Shown piece by piece: positions 12,427 through 24,960 of a stretch of DNA of 64,000 nucleotides. Every line of letters begins with the position of its first letter. Position 1 is the first letter of the stretch. The position numbers and the translations under genes were made by a program. Origin of the DNA: Ylistrum balloti (taxonomy: Eukaryota); assembly GCF_031769215.1 (NCBI RefSeq), contig NW_026782461.1, positions 620,001-684,000 on the forward strand, read 5' to 3'. Under the pieces are notes generated by a model that did no database searches, was not told where the DNA came from, and worked only from the letters and a program-made list of their open reading frames with translations.

Positions 12427-13809
12427 CACAGACTTATATCCTCCACCAAGTGACCTTGTATCTCAGGATTCATCATCATATAGGACTGGCTGGGGGGAGG
12501 ATAGGAATACCCTCTTACATGTACATCATCATACAGGACTAGCCAGGCTGAGAATAGGAGTATTTGTCCTAAATCATAATATAGGACTGATCTGACAGAG
12601 ACAGGAAATATTCTCTTACAGCTTTCTATAGGACTGCCCAAGTGGAGGATAGAAATATTCTTTTATATCTGTGTGTCTAGAAGATTGTGTTTCTTCATAT
12701 TTGAGTGGATAGTGTCCTTTCCTTTTGAAGAAACAGCGCATATCATCACCAAAAAGGACCTCGTCCAACGTGTAGATACAGAAAAGTACAAACAGAACTT
12801 TCATGCTCAAGCTAAGAAGCTTGAAGGATGATTATTCAAACAGAATTCTGTAAACATACTTATCTTAGCAGTGGTCATATTTGAGGACTAAAATTGTTAA
12901 ATACAATTGTCCTGATTGGAGTTTCTGTATTTTGTTTCTATAATTTTGCACGCATTCATTCATCATTGCATTGATCTATCCCACCCCAGGACTCCAGGTC
13001 TTCTTTAGGGATACCAGTTGAAGAATTTTATGTTATTTTCTTAGAAGTAGTAAACAGGAAGATATGGATAGAAGTAATTCAGGCTCTAGTAGATATTTTA
13101 TTGAAATAATCCACAAGATTTTTGATGTTATTCTACAGCAACAGAAATACACGAGTTAATATTTGTTTCAGAACCACAACTTTTCAAGACATTTTAAGGC
13201 AGGTTGAAGTGACAAAAGCATTAAAACAGATATATCAATTAGAAGAATGACAGCTATTGCGTGGAAGTGAAATTTTAAACTTTTCAATTTTTCTAAACAT
13301 GTATGAAGGAATTATTTACCTTTGTAAGTAAATTTATGAGGATGGGTGTTTTTATTTAGCTAGTCATTGAATATATTAGATATATCCTAGTGATATTGAT
13401 ATGATACCTATGTGTGTTTTGATAAATTTTGAATGATGTTTATATATCAATTGGGGCCGAGTATTAAAGGGAGGTAATTTTTATTCCTAATTTTTAATGC
13501 ACTATTGTTCAACACTATCATGTCTACACATTTGATGGTAAGGCGGACATTTTCCCAGATTACAGTGAGCAATGTCACAAGACACTATCACATTCCAAAC
13601 TATACCTTTGAGCTAATTATTGTTTGTAAAATAGTACAGGCTCTATGTGTATGGAGGAAAACATACAGAATTACACACATGAACCCAGTTTACAGAAACG
13701 TAGAGCATATGTTTTACATATGTGCATACTGTTGCTTTTTTATTCCAGTATTGAATGTATTTTGAATTTTTGGGTGCATATTACTTTTTTTCTAGAGTTG
13801 TTTGTAGTT

Positions 13810-13826
13810 AATAAAGAATGAATAAA
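13810..13826 (+). terminator. Candidate TAZ polyadenylation signals
   Basis: Two AATAAA hexamers (13810-13815, 13821-13826) about 1.4 kb after the TAZ stop. Confidence 0.4.
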
Positions 13827-14516
13827 TCTTGCATTTGAAGTTGTATTCAATACAGTACTAGGTTTAAACCTGTTTATAATGAATGATACACTTTGTGAAA
13901 CTTCTAGGTGTCCTGAAGTTGGTAAAATCAACAGATCAACAAAGAATCACACAGTTTCATCATTCCTGTACTGGATATGAAATTGAAAAAAATATACAAG
14001 CTATGAAATGTTCCAGGATTGCTTCAGAAATACATCATGAAGCATTCCCTTTTCTTTCTTTTTTTTTCTATGCAATCTACTATTTTTTATGGTGTCACTA
14101 CTAGCTAGCAAGCCTGACTTTGCTGATTGCATGTATGATAACTAAGTGTGTGGTTAATTTAAGTGGACTTTGAGTGGCTCTACCATTTGTAGGCATGGTC
14201 AGCTTCCTAACACTTGTAAAATCAGTATCTGAGTGGAGGCTTATATACGAAGTATCAGCATTGCACATCAGGAAACACCGGAGTCTCCAGTGATAAAATC
14301 ACTATGAAGCATTTTCTTTGTCTTTGTGATTTATACACATTGTGAATGCCAGCAGCACTTGATTCACACTCAATGGTACTTTACTAGATTCTCTACATTC
14401 TGTCATACATATGTACAGATTAACCTGTCTAATCCGATGTCCTGTCAGAGACAACATATTGGTCAGGTTACCTGTCTAATCTGACACCATGATTTGATGG
14501 GACAGGATTTCACTTT

Positions 14517-14975
14517 TTAGCTCACCTGGCCAAAAAGGTCATGTAGCTATCCATCCATCGCCAACTTTGTCCATTTTAACGACATCTTCTCAATAACCAA
14601 CAAGTAAAATGTCTTGATATTTGGCTGATAAGTTGATGGGATGATGCCCTACAACGTGTGCAAAAAGACAGATTTTCAGGATGAAACCCAACAAATATTG
14701 CCAATAGAAATGGACTTGACCAATATTCAAGGTCAGAGGGGTCAAATTTGTTACAACTTTAAAACAACTTCTTTTCATAACCCAAAAAGACTAGAAGCAT
14801 GATATTTAGCAGGTAGGTCTCTGGGATGAAGCCTGACTAAGTTAGCAAAAAGAAATGACCTTGAACCATATTCAAGGTTACAGGGGTAAAATTTGTCAAA
14901 ACCTATCAAAGACTTCTTCTGGTAAACCAAAAGTCAGAGAAACAGAATATAGGATGAAGAGGTTTTTCCAGGTCA
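14517..14975 (+). mobile_element. Truncated HINE/Helentron-like element
   Basis: Begins TTAGCTCACCTGGCCAAAAAGGTCATGTAGCT (terminal hairpin like the 50468-51094 element), followed by two ~150-bp diverged subunits containing tgaccttga...tcaaggt(c/t)a...aaaatttgt...acttctt. Confidence 0.55.
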
Positions 14976-16751
14976 AAAGCTTGACAATTTTTTTAGAAAT
15001 AAAAAAGAATTGACATATACTTTTCTGATCAATCCCACAAAAAAAGCACCAAAGAAATATGCATCTTGCATCTACCACTGGAATAAGAGACAGATCCATA
15101 TAGTACCTATGAAGATATAGTGATAACAAACCTATGCAGATATCATCATCTGTCAGTAGAGTGAAGTTGTGATATCACGTCATCCTTTTTGGTATCACTT
15201 AAATTGAATAAAAGGTCAAACTGACTCGAATTAGCCCATGGTCTTATTGAAGACTTTGAAGCAGAAGAGCTTACTCTTTTTGATCAGCTGGTCGCATTTT
15301 TCTAAACCTTTCCTTTGTTCACACTTTGCCCTTGTTTTATAGAATATAATACTCTTCAGAAGTTGATACATATATTTTTTTTTTCATGCGTATATATGTA
15401 AAGCCCCCTCACACTACCTGATACGATTGAAAGCGGATGTAAAACCAACCAAATACCCTACAGACCGACATGACCAAACGAGTTAAAAATTAAGACCGTT
15501 CTCTATTTCCGTAACATGAATAATACACATAGATGTGTCATAAAAGTAAGATGTTTCAATGGGATAGTTATTAAACTTTTGGCTGCCAAACAGTTTTCTT
15601 CATACTCCAGCTGAAATTGCCGGAATACATCTATGTAGAGTAATACGGGAGTTATTCACAAAATGAGATAATGATAGTAAAGGTTTCGTTCAGAGACCTA
15701 ATATTGACGTTGAAAATGGCAATGCGACCGTCTTGAATCGTTACTGAAAACATCCTATCTCAAAATGACTCTGCGGTGTGAAGATGTGTTAACAGAATTG
15801 TGTCGGCTATCTTGAATGTGGCACAGGTCCAGAATTCGGTATAAGGGGCAAGTCCAATTCTCAAACTTCTGTCTTGGTATGAAAGCAGTGTTATGAATCA
15901 TATCCCTAATGGAATACCAGCGAATCGAGTACTGTTTTTATAGGTGATTCCCCAAGCTTTAGGTTTAATACACTCGGTCCCGTCTTTAACGGGCATTGTT
16001 TCAAGGGATTATTATTAATAACATGTCTTTTCGTGTATACGAACTAGCAATCAACTTGTACACCACACAAGCTTACTTAGGTAAAATAAAATGTAAAATA
16101 TTTCGTGAATGGCGAATTTAAGATATTCTACTGTTCCAACCGGGAGAAGGCATTTTCTGATATTTCAAAGATTTTGTAGTGCCGTTGTCCCCTAATTCTC
16201 ATATCTATGTGTCTGTTCGATCACGCGGAACAGTAAAACAACAAAATATCTGTCTCCGTTCTATTTTGGTAGTGGAACGTGTTTATCTCAAAGACTCACA
16301 GATTCTATCTTCTAAGCCCACTCTGTACCTATTTACTACCACTTCATATTACCCTTCAATTAATTAAGATCGATCTAATCAAACGTTCTGATGATCAAGA
16401 TACTGAAGTTACGTTGAACATGTCCTGTGCAATAGTTGGCTACCCGATATTCCTATCTCATAACGTACGTTTTGCGCCTAACACACACGAGGATCTAAAA
16501 CGTTGCCAAATGTATATTTATGGAAGATATCATATTTTGTTTGAAGGCTAGATTAAGATGTACTCGGTTATCGAATTTAGGATCAACTAACATAGCATAC
16601 AAACGAAATACAATATGCCTTGTCTACATGGATATCATTTCTTGATATTCCAACCAAGTCGTCAGTGGACACTGGGAACTCTAATCGAACACACCGGCAT
16701 TCAGGAGCATGACTCTGGACATGAAATCGGGACGAAATTGATGTGGAAATT

Positions 16752-18491
16752 ATGACAACTAAGTTACAGGGTCAGTCCCCGCAGCGGTCGAAAGGTCAAA
16801 CGACATGTATGCATCACCAAGGCAAGGAATTAACGCTGTTTTGTATATCTTGTGGGGATCTGGTGTGCGCGAGATGCGTCACTTCCGTTCATCAGAGTCA
16901 CACTATCGACGAATTAGGGAATGTTGTTCCTGGGAAGCGCGAAGAACTTAAAGCCTACATCGACACTACTGGGAACATTCAGCTTCTCCAGCTTAAAAAG
17001 GACATTGCGGCAGCCGAAGAGGAACTTAAGAGAAATGCCAGCCGTTTCAAAGATCTTGCCGCTCAAGCCAAGGAACAAGGAGAGAGGCTGAAGACGGAGA
17101 TCGATATTCTTGTAACCACGTCCGTGGCCCAATGTAAACAGATCGAGGACAAGAACACCAAGCTGATCACAACGTACAAAAAAGAGTTACAAACAAGGCA
17201 TGACGAGCTCAATAAACAATTACAGGAACAGAAGAAATTGATGCAAAAAGCATCCGACATCCAGATATACGATGCGGAAGTGGATACCTTCTCCAACAAG
17301 CCTGTTCCGCCCAGTCCAAACTTACATGTCAGTAATTTTCTGCCGAACAAAAGCCCGAGGAGTCTTCTAGAGCAGGCGCTTGGAAAACTAGAGACGGCTG
17401 GTTCTGAGGAGAATGAACGTGAAGTCCAAACTCAACTGCAGCCTCAAAAGAAACAGAAGACCAAACATCCACTAGGACGCCTGTCAAAGAGTCAGCCATC
17501 TATTTACAAGCTACCATCCATCTCAGAACATGGTCGGTCAAGCGGTCTCTCCTTCATAAAGAAACCGTTGAAATTACAACACGAAGTGTCGGTTGAGACT
17601 AATCCCCCTCCCATATACCGGCTGAAGGGCGAGCCGACAGTCCTGACGGAATTCAAATCGCCATGCAAGATAAGCGCTATATGTTGTACTGCAGAGGGAG
17701 ACGCATGGGTGTGCTTTGAAGACAACAAAATCATCACTCTCTTGGACCAGTCAGGTTACGTGAAGAAGCAGATCCAGTATCAGATACGTCTCTCTGACGT
17801 CAGGATTTCTCCTATAACCCAAAATCTTTGGGCATGTTCTAGTGCAGACAAGAGTGTTATAGAATGGCCACCATCAGGGCTACCCATAATCAAATTCCAG
17901 CCCGAGCTAGCTCCAAGATGCATGTGCCTATCTGAACATTCAGGCTTCGTTGTGCTAGGAATGTCTAAGGAGGTTGCGATATTTACTAGCACTGGGAGGA
18001 TGATCAGTTCCTCCCGAACCGTAATTCCAGGACCGGACGTGAGCTCACCCAAAAGGATCACGGAGTGTCCAGTCACAGGCAACCTCGCCATCGTGGACCA
18101 AGATCGTATAGCGGACGGTGGACAGAACAAACGTCACATTGTGATCACTGACGGTAAACTGAAGAAACTTCACCTGTTCCGGGGAGACATCGGCAACGAC
18201 ACCGCTCAGCGCCCATTTAACCCATCAGACGTCAGCTACGATGTGAAGGGCAATATTGTTGTCGGTGACTGCACAAACAAGTCAATTCTGCTTCTTAACG
18301 GAAGTGCAGATTTCATCGGCATCTTGGACACGGATACCTGCCACACAGTGGCAGTAGACTTACACGCCGATACGGTATGGGGAGTGCATCGGATGAACAG
18401 TAGATATGACGTGAAAATACTGCAATATGCCACTACACATGACGGAGAGGTGGAAGAAAATCCAGACAATGATACGCCAAAGCCAAACTAG
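16752..18491 (+). CDS. Intronless TRIM-like protein: B-box type 2 + coiled coil + C-terminal NHL-like beta-propeller, no RING (579 aa from ATG 16752)
   Basis: B-box CMHHQGKELTLFCISCGDLVCARCVTSVHQSH; heptad-rich region to ~aa 170; beta-strand repeats (AICCTAEGDAWV, ITECPVTGNLAIVD, PSDVSYDVKGNIVVGD). The ORF track starts at GTG 16743; the first in-frame ATG is 16752. Confidence 0.85.
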   Translation: MTTKLQGQSPQRSKGQTTCMHHQGKELTLFCISCGDLVCARCVTSVHQSHTIDELGNVVPGKREELKAYIDTTGNIQLLQLKKDIAAAEEELKRNASRFKDLAAQAKEQGERLKTEIDILVTTSVAQCKQIEDKNTKLITTYKKELQTRHDELNKQLQEQKKLMQKASDIQIYDAEVDTFSNKPVPPSPNLHVSNFLPNKSPRSLLEQALGKLETAGSEENEREVQTQLQPQKKQKTKHPLGRLSKSQPSIYKLPSISEHGRSSGLSFIKKPLKLQHEVSVETNPPPIYRLKGEPTVLTEFKSPCKISAICCTAEGDAWVCFEDNKIITLLDQSGYVKKQIQYQIRLSDVRISPITQNLWACSSADKSVIEWPPSGLPIIKFQPELAPRCMCLSEHSGFVVLGMSKEVAIFTSTGRMISSSRTVIPGPDVSSPKRITECPVTGNLAIVDQDRIADGGQNKRHIVITDGKLKKLHLFRGDIGNDTAQRPFNPSDVSYDVKGNIVVGDCTNKSILLLNGSADFIGILDTDTCHTVAVDLHADTVWGVHRMNSRYDVKILQYATTHDGEVEENPDNDTPKPN

Positions 18492-20707
18492 TACAGGCAC
18501 GTATTGTTGTCTTGGCGGGAAAGTGCAGGCACGTTTTGTTGCCTTTGCGGGAAAGTGGTTTTTCCTGCGTTACGGATATAGCAAGCTTCTTGTTCAATGT
18601 TGTAGAGGGATTTTATGCAGACTCTACAAAGTCAAGCTGTTTTGTGGATTTACAGAACGTGGCGTGTATATTCCTGGATAACTCACACTTGACTTACCAT
18701 CTACTCACATTCACCGTTATATACATTTTATGACATTGGGATCATAATTATGGTTTTGTGTTAAGATCGTATGATTTCGATGGAGGTGGATTCGTCTACA
18801 TTATTCCTATACCAAAGAATTCCACACGTAATACATTCAGTATTTCTATTCTTCTGGAAAACGCCTAGATTCCGTCATTTCCTAGACTATTATCTAATCA
18901 TGAAAAAATGGATTATCCGTCGAGGAAAAGGTGTTTTTACACTCTGTTCACAAAGATAACTCCGCTAAGGATAGAAATGAGACATTTCCGTTATAACAAA
19001 GGCATTGGGTAAATTAGATATTTCATATTGCAGTTTGGGAATAAAACATCAGTCATTTAAATTGTATAGACTATTGATGAATCGCTCTCAAAAGCTTTTA
19101 AATAACCCGAGTACATATAATATGATTTTACGCTGTAACATCATGAAAGAGAGTTAGAGGCATGTGCAGAACTTTAGTTAATTCCAATATTCCAATTTAG
19201 GTTAAACTTCATAGTAAAGAACACCTTAAATATATCCTTACAATACTTATGAAACGACCACATTCCTTATAAATGAGATGGTATTGAATCGAACACTGAT
19301 CTATTGTAGATAAAATCTAGTATTTACGTCTTCAATAGTTCGGTCCTATATCAGTTACCAATGATATTGTAAACAGGCACCTGTTACAAGCCAACTTAAT
19401 ATACAGGCATCAAATTACCTTACGACGGGGTATTGACAAACGACAATGTGGAATTTTCAGCCGTAGGCAAGTCGGTAATCAAACAGAAATTTAAATAGTA
19501 TTTACCCATCCTGTATGATAAAGGGTTTGAACAGAAAAAAATAATAGGGTTTTATATCTACCATAGTACGGTTCGACGATAAGAAAATTTGGTTTCGTAA
19601 GAAATATTTTGACTTAATCTTTCTTTCGTTATTTAGTGGCGTTCTTTATTTGGTAACAATGACGAATGTACATTTTACATTATGGTAAATAGTGGATTGT
19701 GAAGCAAGCTTATATTTACTGATTTCCCTCAAAATGCTTGAAGTATTTAAAATAGTGGACGTTTTTACCGATCGAAAAGTATCTTTCCAAAATATTATTT
19801 TTGAAATAATTTTGTGAGAAAAATATGGATTATTTTTTCCAAAAGTTTATATAGTATGGATTTTTTGTGAGTATATAGTTACTTTCTAGTGTTTTTAGGG
19901 GAGGGTTTGGGTAGCTATGAACCATATTATACAAGAGAGGGTTCTCAGAGTCAAGGTCATCGTTACTTACTTTATATAAAGTCCCTGTCCTCGCTCCAGT
20001 GGTTTCACTACTTTCTTTTACATAGAACTTCTCACACTTACAAAAGGGACACACGACCTAGGACAAATTCTAGGTTTGTTGAATCAATGTCATATTTATA
20101 GTAGCTTCATTCATTGGTAGATTTTCATCAAACCTTTGATCACACTTGACCATTCTTTTCATCTCGAATCAGCCAAGAGGAAACTCCTAGGAGATTTGTA
20201 TAGTACATTGTACAGAATAATATGAAAACAAAGAATTTTATGATAATGTTTTATTATATCATTTTATCATTCCATCATGGTAAATTGCAACAGGCCAATA
20301 TAATAAATAATACGACTTTAGTGGAAACTCCAATCAGAATAAGGTATGACAATTAGGTATTGTAAGACTTCAAAAAATATATTGTGAAAGTGACTTTTCC
20401 TCCTGGTTCCATCAATATCTTTTGGGGGAAAAAAAAAAAAGAGAAAAAAATTCAATCACTAAAAGACGTGGTTGGAAGATGATGTATGCTTTTGAAAATA
20501 GAAATTTGAGGATGGGAAATCTAGACACCACAATACAAATCTTGAATTAAAATCGTCTGTTAGGTTTGCCTCTGTATATTGATCTAGTCTACAGTTTGCC
20601 GCAGTTATCTCCCCTCTACTGCAAAGTTTACAAAAAATATTAACTGCCTTCAAAGTTCACCAGACAAAACATATCAAATATGTCAAAGACTGAAAGCAAA
20701 ACTGTTC

Positions 20708-20713
20708 TTTATT
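20708..20713 (-). terminator. Candidate polyadenylation signal of the - strand orphan gene
   Basis: AATAAA on the - strand followed by U/GU-rich sequence, ~3 kb after the stop at 23770. Confidence 0.3.
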
Positions 20714-23700
20714 GCATTCATGATACAAACTGCTTAGACAGCTGTGATCCAAAGACTTCTAAACTTTTTTTACTTAATGTTTTAATACCAATGTGAAGCC
20801 GGAAAGTATTTTTTTTAAAAACGTTTATATATTATTTTTATTGTATTCAAATATAACAAAATTCTGAATTTTTTGCTAAAATTCCATCAGCTAAAACATC
20901 TATGGGAATTGTTATAGTTAATAGCTATGTTCTGGTCCTGGTACATGTATCTATATTTCACAGTTTAGTGTCATTAACATTGCGCTATTGTCTGTAAATG
21001 TCAAGGACACTGAATGTGGGGCTGAACACATTTTCTCAATTAGACTTTACAAACATAAACTAATCTGTTCAATGCAAAAACTTGTGTTTTAAAAATTACA
21101 TGAAAAATTTTTAGATTGAATTTAACACCTTAAATTAATTTTTTTCTATTTTGCTATGTATTATGAAATACATCTGTAGTATGTGACATATCAAAAATAT
21201 TTTACAAGTAATGTTTGTCAGAGGCAGTTAAAGAAATGTTTTACGTTTATATTCCATGTTTTCAAATATGGCAATTAGGACTAAGTTCTACATCACTTAA
21301 GAAAACGTTGAAGTTTTCAAAAGCCAACATGTCAATATACACATGTGCAGAAATTTCTATGCCTAACAAAGTACTGTGGATGATATACTGTACAACAATA
21401 CCGAAGAAAAGCTTCTACATAATTCTACACTAAAATGCATCAGCATTGATTACAAGTATACAATACACAGAAGGCACACAGTACATTTCAATGCTTATCC
21501 ATCTATTTAAAACCATTCCTTTATCTACATTTCTGTTACATGAACTCGGCAACAATGCTGATCATTAACTACATTACAAATTCAATAAAATATTTCAATG
21601 TTGACTATTGATGGTGACACTTACATGGTATTCTTACTAGTTCACAACCCTTTAAAGTAAAAACTGAAAAAATATCATCCTGTGTGCCTAACAAGATACA
21701 TCCTTTTGGAATAACAATTAAGTCGATACAGTGTGCATATAAAATCTACAGAAATCAACCTTTCGAGAAAAAAAAAAAAAAAAAAAAAATTCATTTACTC
21801 AAAATGTCCCTTTACATACATCTTCATGTCATTAATTCACTCAAACTTGCAGCTAGTCACATTAATTACAAATTGTTATTCATCATTTTCTGCAACAAGT
21901 TGCAAATTACAAAATAAAATGTTACTAAATATATAGGTACATTTATATATGTATATATATTGTACTGGTTAAATCTTTGTAACACAAGTTAGCTTAACTT
22001 ACATGAAACACTAGAAAAATGTTTATATTGTACAATACATACAACACAAACATGTACTTTTATTATCTAGTCTCCTCTAGATCACTACATCAGATGTGAC
22101 TGTGAATGTATAGCACAAAGAGAGCCAAGCGCTCAATTCCATATAAAAACTAATTCAAAAATTAAATACATGATTTTACAGAAAACAACTGAATTTATTT
22201 CATTCTTTGTTCTAACCTTGTTATCCCCCATCTAATATAGACCATGACCTTCTCCTGATGTTGAATTGTTAGAAATCAAGATTTTTTTTTGAAGATTTTC
22301 GCTATCAACCCCATTTCATTGTCACTCCAAGATAATAATATTGTTAACACAATCATGTAGCATCATAACACTGAACAAGTACAAGATGACATCATAGAGA
22401 CATTATAACTGGAGTTAGGAAAAAAGACATGCCGACATCCAAAGAACTCTCAAAACATTACAGTACCACTGACAGGTGAGAAAAGAAAGTCATGCTGAGT
22501 ATTCCAAAGACATCTCAACCTCTGTAGCAACATTCTTGAACGTCTTACTCCGTCTGAAGCAAGAATTTCAAAAATATCACCTACCAAGATGAAATTCCTT
22601 TGAATACTGCAAGATTTGTTAGTAAATATATATATTTTTGTCGCTAGGCTTTCCTGAGAAAAATTCAACATTGATAAAAATCATATTTAGTGTTACTAAA
22701 TGTGTAATACTTATATAGGTAAAAAATGTACACTATTCAATTGTATAGGTCTGCTAAAATTACATATATCTGTGTATGAACATACGAATATATAGTGATG
22801 GGATGATTGGATATCATCAGTTATCTAATCGTTTAAGCTCAATTGACACAATGATAGATTGTAATTTTTCATAATCGATCATCTGTACCTGAATAGCGTC
22901 TTGAGTTTAAGCAGATACAAATTTTATATCACACATAATGATACCAATTGCCAGTAATATTGATTCTTACCAAAGTATTTTAATTCTAGGTAAGTGAGGT
23001 ATTTCGCATTAAAGTAAAAGAAAATATTACTTCCACAGAGATCGTATTCACTTTCTATGAATATTGAATACAGACAGCTTAATACCACACTGATCATAAA
23101 TCTACACTGAAAAGCCTATCTGATTTTAACTGATACTTGTTATGGATTTAAACTGATTTTTAATCATCACAAACATGAAACATGAGTTCTCACAGTATGT
23201 AAAGTGTACTTATCCAATTATCTGAGCTGCAAAACATAGCTGTAACTATTGGATAACTTGTCAATGTCTTCAAAAATATTGTTTATTTGTGTAAAAGATA
23301 TCAAGATGTAATTACTATAAGGAAACAAAGCATGGAATCAAAGAGGTATAATCTGCATTTTGATTACCAAGATTTTCAGGACACAAATTCATTGCATACT
23401 TCTTTTTTCAAATAATAAAGTCAGAAATAGTTTGATAGAATTATCAAATTGTATTGCACATATCTTCACTTACACAAAAACATACAAACAAAAAGACTGA
23501 TCAAAACTAAAGCTAATTTCTAAAGGCAAGGCATCAGTGTTATACCAGTCAGTACACCTCAATTTCTACCAATTATGTTTAAGCTGTAGTATGCATTATA
23601 AACACATATTCCCTTTGCTCTGTGACCAGTAAACACTCAGTACATTTCTATAAAGATTTAATAATTATAAAATTAACACCTATCACAAGTACATTTCAGT

Positions 23701-23769
23701 ACAAAAAAAATCTGTCTTTTTTTTTTAATATTAGGAAGTATATCACAAAATATAGACAAACTACGACAA

Positions 23770-24960
23770 CTAATATTTGGCATATCGCACTGTGTTGTGT
23801 GAACTTTTCCGACGTTTGGTTGGGCCAGTGACAATCTTTTTCTTTCTCTTTGTTGCCTGTTTGAAGCCTGTGAATGGCAAGTCCCCACACCAGTCCTCAT
23901 CATCGTCATCCTCTTCTGGATTATACCAGTCGTCTTGCAGATTGCATCCCGACAGCAGCATACCTGCAGACATTTGTGACTTTCTCTCAGACTTGCGTGT
24001 TGGTAACTGATCCTCTGAATCATTTGGGATGCTTGGACGTGACAAAGCTTTTGATAATTGAGGATATTTATCAGACTTTCCTTTCTGACGTCGACCTGTC
24101 TTTGTTGTTGTTGCTGCTGCTGACTGTAGCTTTTGCTGTGCTTTGAAAGCTGCTTCAGCACTTTCTACTTTCTGTACAGCCTTCCTCAAAATGTCTTTGA
24201 AATTACTGCGTGCGAATTTAAGTCTTTCCTGTGACGGCCATAAGACAGGTTGATTATTTTCATTGGTGGCAGGTGCAAGAGTTGGTAATGAACTGGTGTA
24301 AGATGACCTCAAAGGTTGGTTGATTGTCCCCATACTTAGTTTTCTCTTTGATAACTTGAGAGCCCGCTGAGCATCAGGTTTCATAGGTGTAATTCCAGGC
24401 TTATTAGTATCTGATGGGCACAGAATACCTTGACTGTGATCCAAAACTCTTGTGAATTCTTCCTGACCTGGAGGTGTGTCAAATAACCTCATCCTCTCCT
24501 TCAGTTTTTTACCTTTTGGAGAGTTCATAATGGCTTTCCCTTTCGGAGAGTTGATAATTTCTTTCAAAGCCACTTTACCTTTCGGTGACTTCAGAATATC
24601 ATCTAAAACTTGATCATCAAGATCCAAACTAAACAGATTTTCTTCGAAGTTGGCAAAGAAGTCTTTTTCCCATTCTTCAGAGATTCCAACATCTTCATAT
24701 ACAGGTGGTTTCTGTAGATTGTCAACATTGAACTGATCAATATGACGCTGTGATATTGGTTTAACTGGACTAGTCTGTGTTTGAGAAAGTAATGCCATAT
24801 CTCCAGACGGAATCATTGATCTCTGTACCAAAGGCCCGGGTGAGAGGTAGCCACTGTCATATGTTGTTTCCTGTTTGATGTCTGTTAGCAATGGTATACT
24901 GTCCGAGGATTCCTCCTCTTGTAAAATGGACGTCAAGCCCAACATATTCTTTCCAATTAT
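23770..24960 (-). CDS. Uncharacterised predicted nuclear protein (large terminal exon, ~391-407 aa)
   Basis: 1.19-kb open frame preceded by acceptor ttttaatattatttCAG (24961-24963). First in-frame ATG at 24945. Composition: acidic-hydrophobic patch, 3x SPKGK, helical WPSQERLKFARSNFKDILRKAVQKVE segment, acidic run and basic NLS-like C-terminus (KRKKK, KRRKS). No family recognised. Confidence 0.8.
   Translation of the reverse strand: MIGKNMLGLTSILQEEESSDSIPLLTDIKQETTYDSGYLSPGPLVQRSMIPSGDMALLSQTQTSPVKPISQRHIDQFNVDNLQKPPVYEDVGISEEWEKDFFANFEENLFSLDLDDQVLDDILKSPKGKVALKEIINSPKGKAIMNSPKGKKLKERMRLFDTPPGQEEFTRVLDHSQGILCPSDTNKPGITPMKPDAQRALKLSKRKLSMGTINQPLRSSYTSSLPTLAPATNENNQPVLWPSQERLKFARSNFKDILRKAVQKVESAEAAFKAQQKLQSAAATTTKTGRRQKGKSDKYPQLSKALSRPSIPNDSEDQLPTRKSERKSQMSAGMLLSGCNLQDDWYNPEEDDDDEDWCGDLPFTGFKQATKRKKKIVTGPTKRRKSSHNTVRYAKY

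Noticed and set aside
16743-16751. GTG start assigned by the ORF track
   Set aside because: In a eukaryote the in-frame ATG at 16752 is the parsimonious start.
19915-19947. - strand ORF contains NPLLYNM..Y, identical to the zinc-finger C-terminus (38617-38650), with synonymous-looking differences
   Set aside because: A rough expectation for one 7-aa match between ~4000 coding residues and all six frames of 64 kb is of order one. The flanks do not align and the site sits beside a repeat-type gtcaaggtca motif. A TBLASTN with extended alignment would be needed to revive it.
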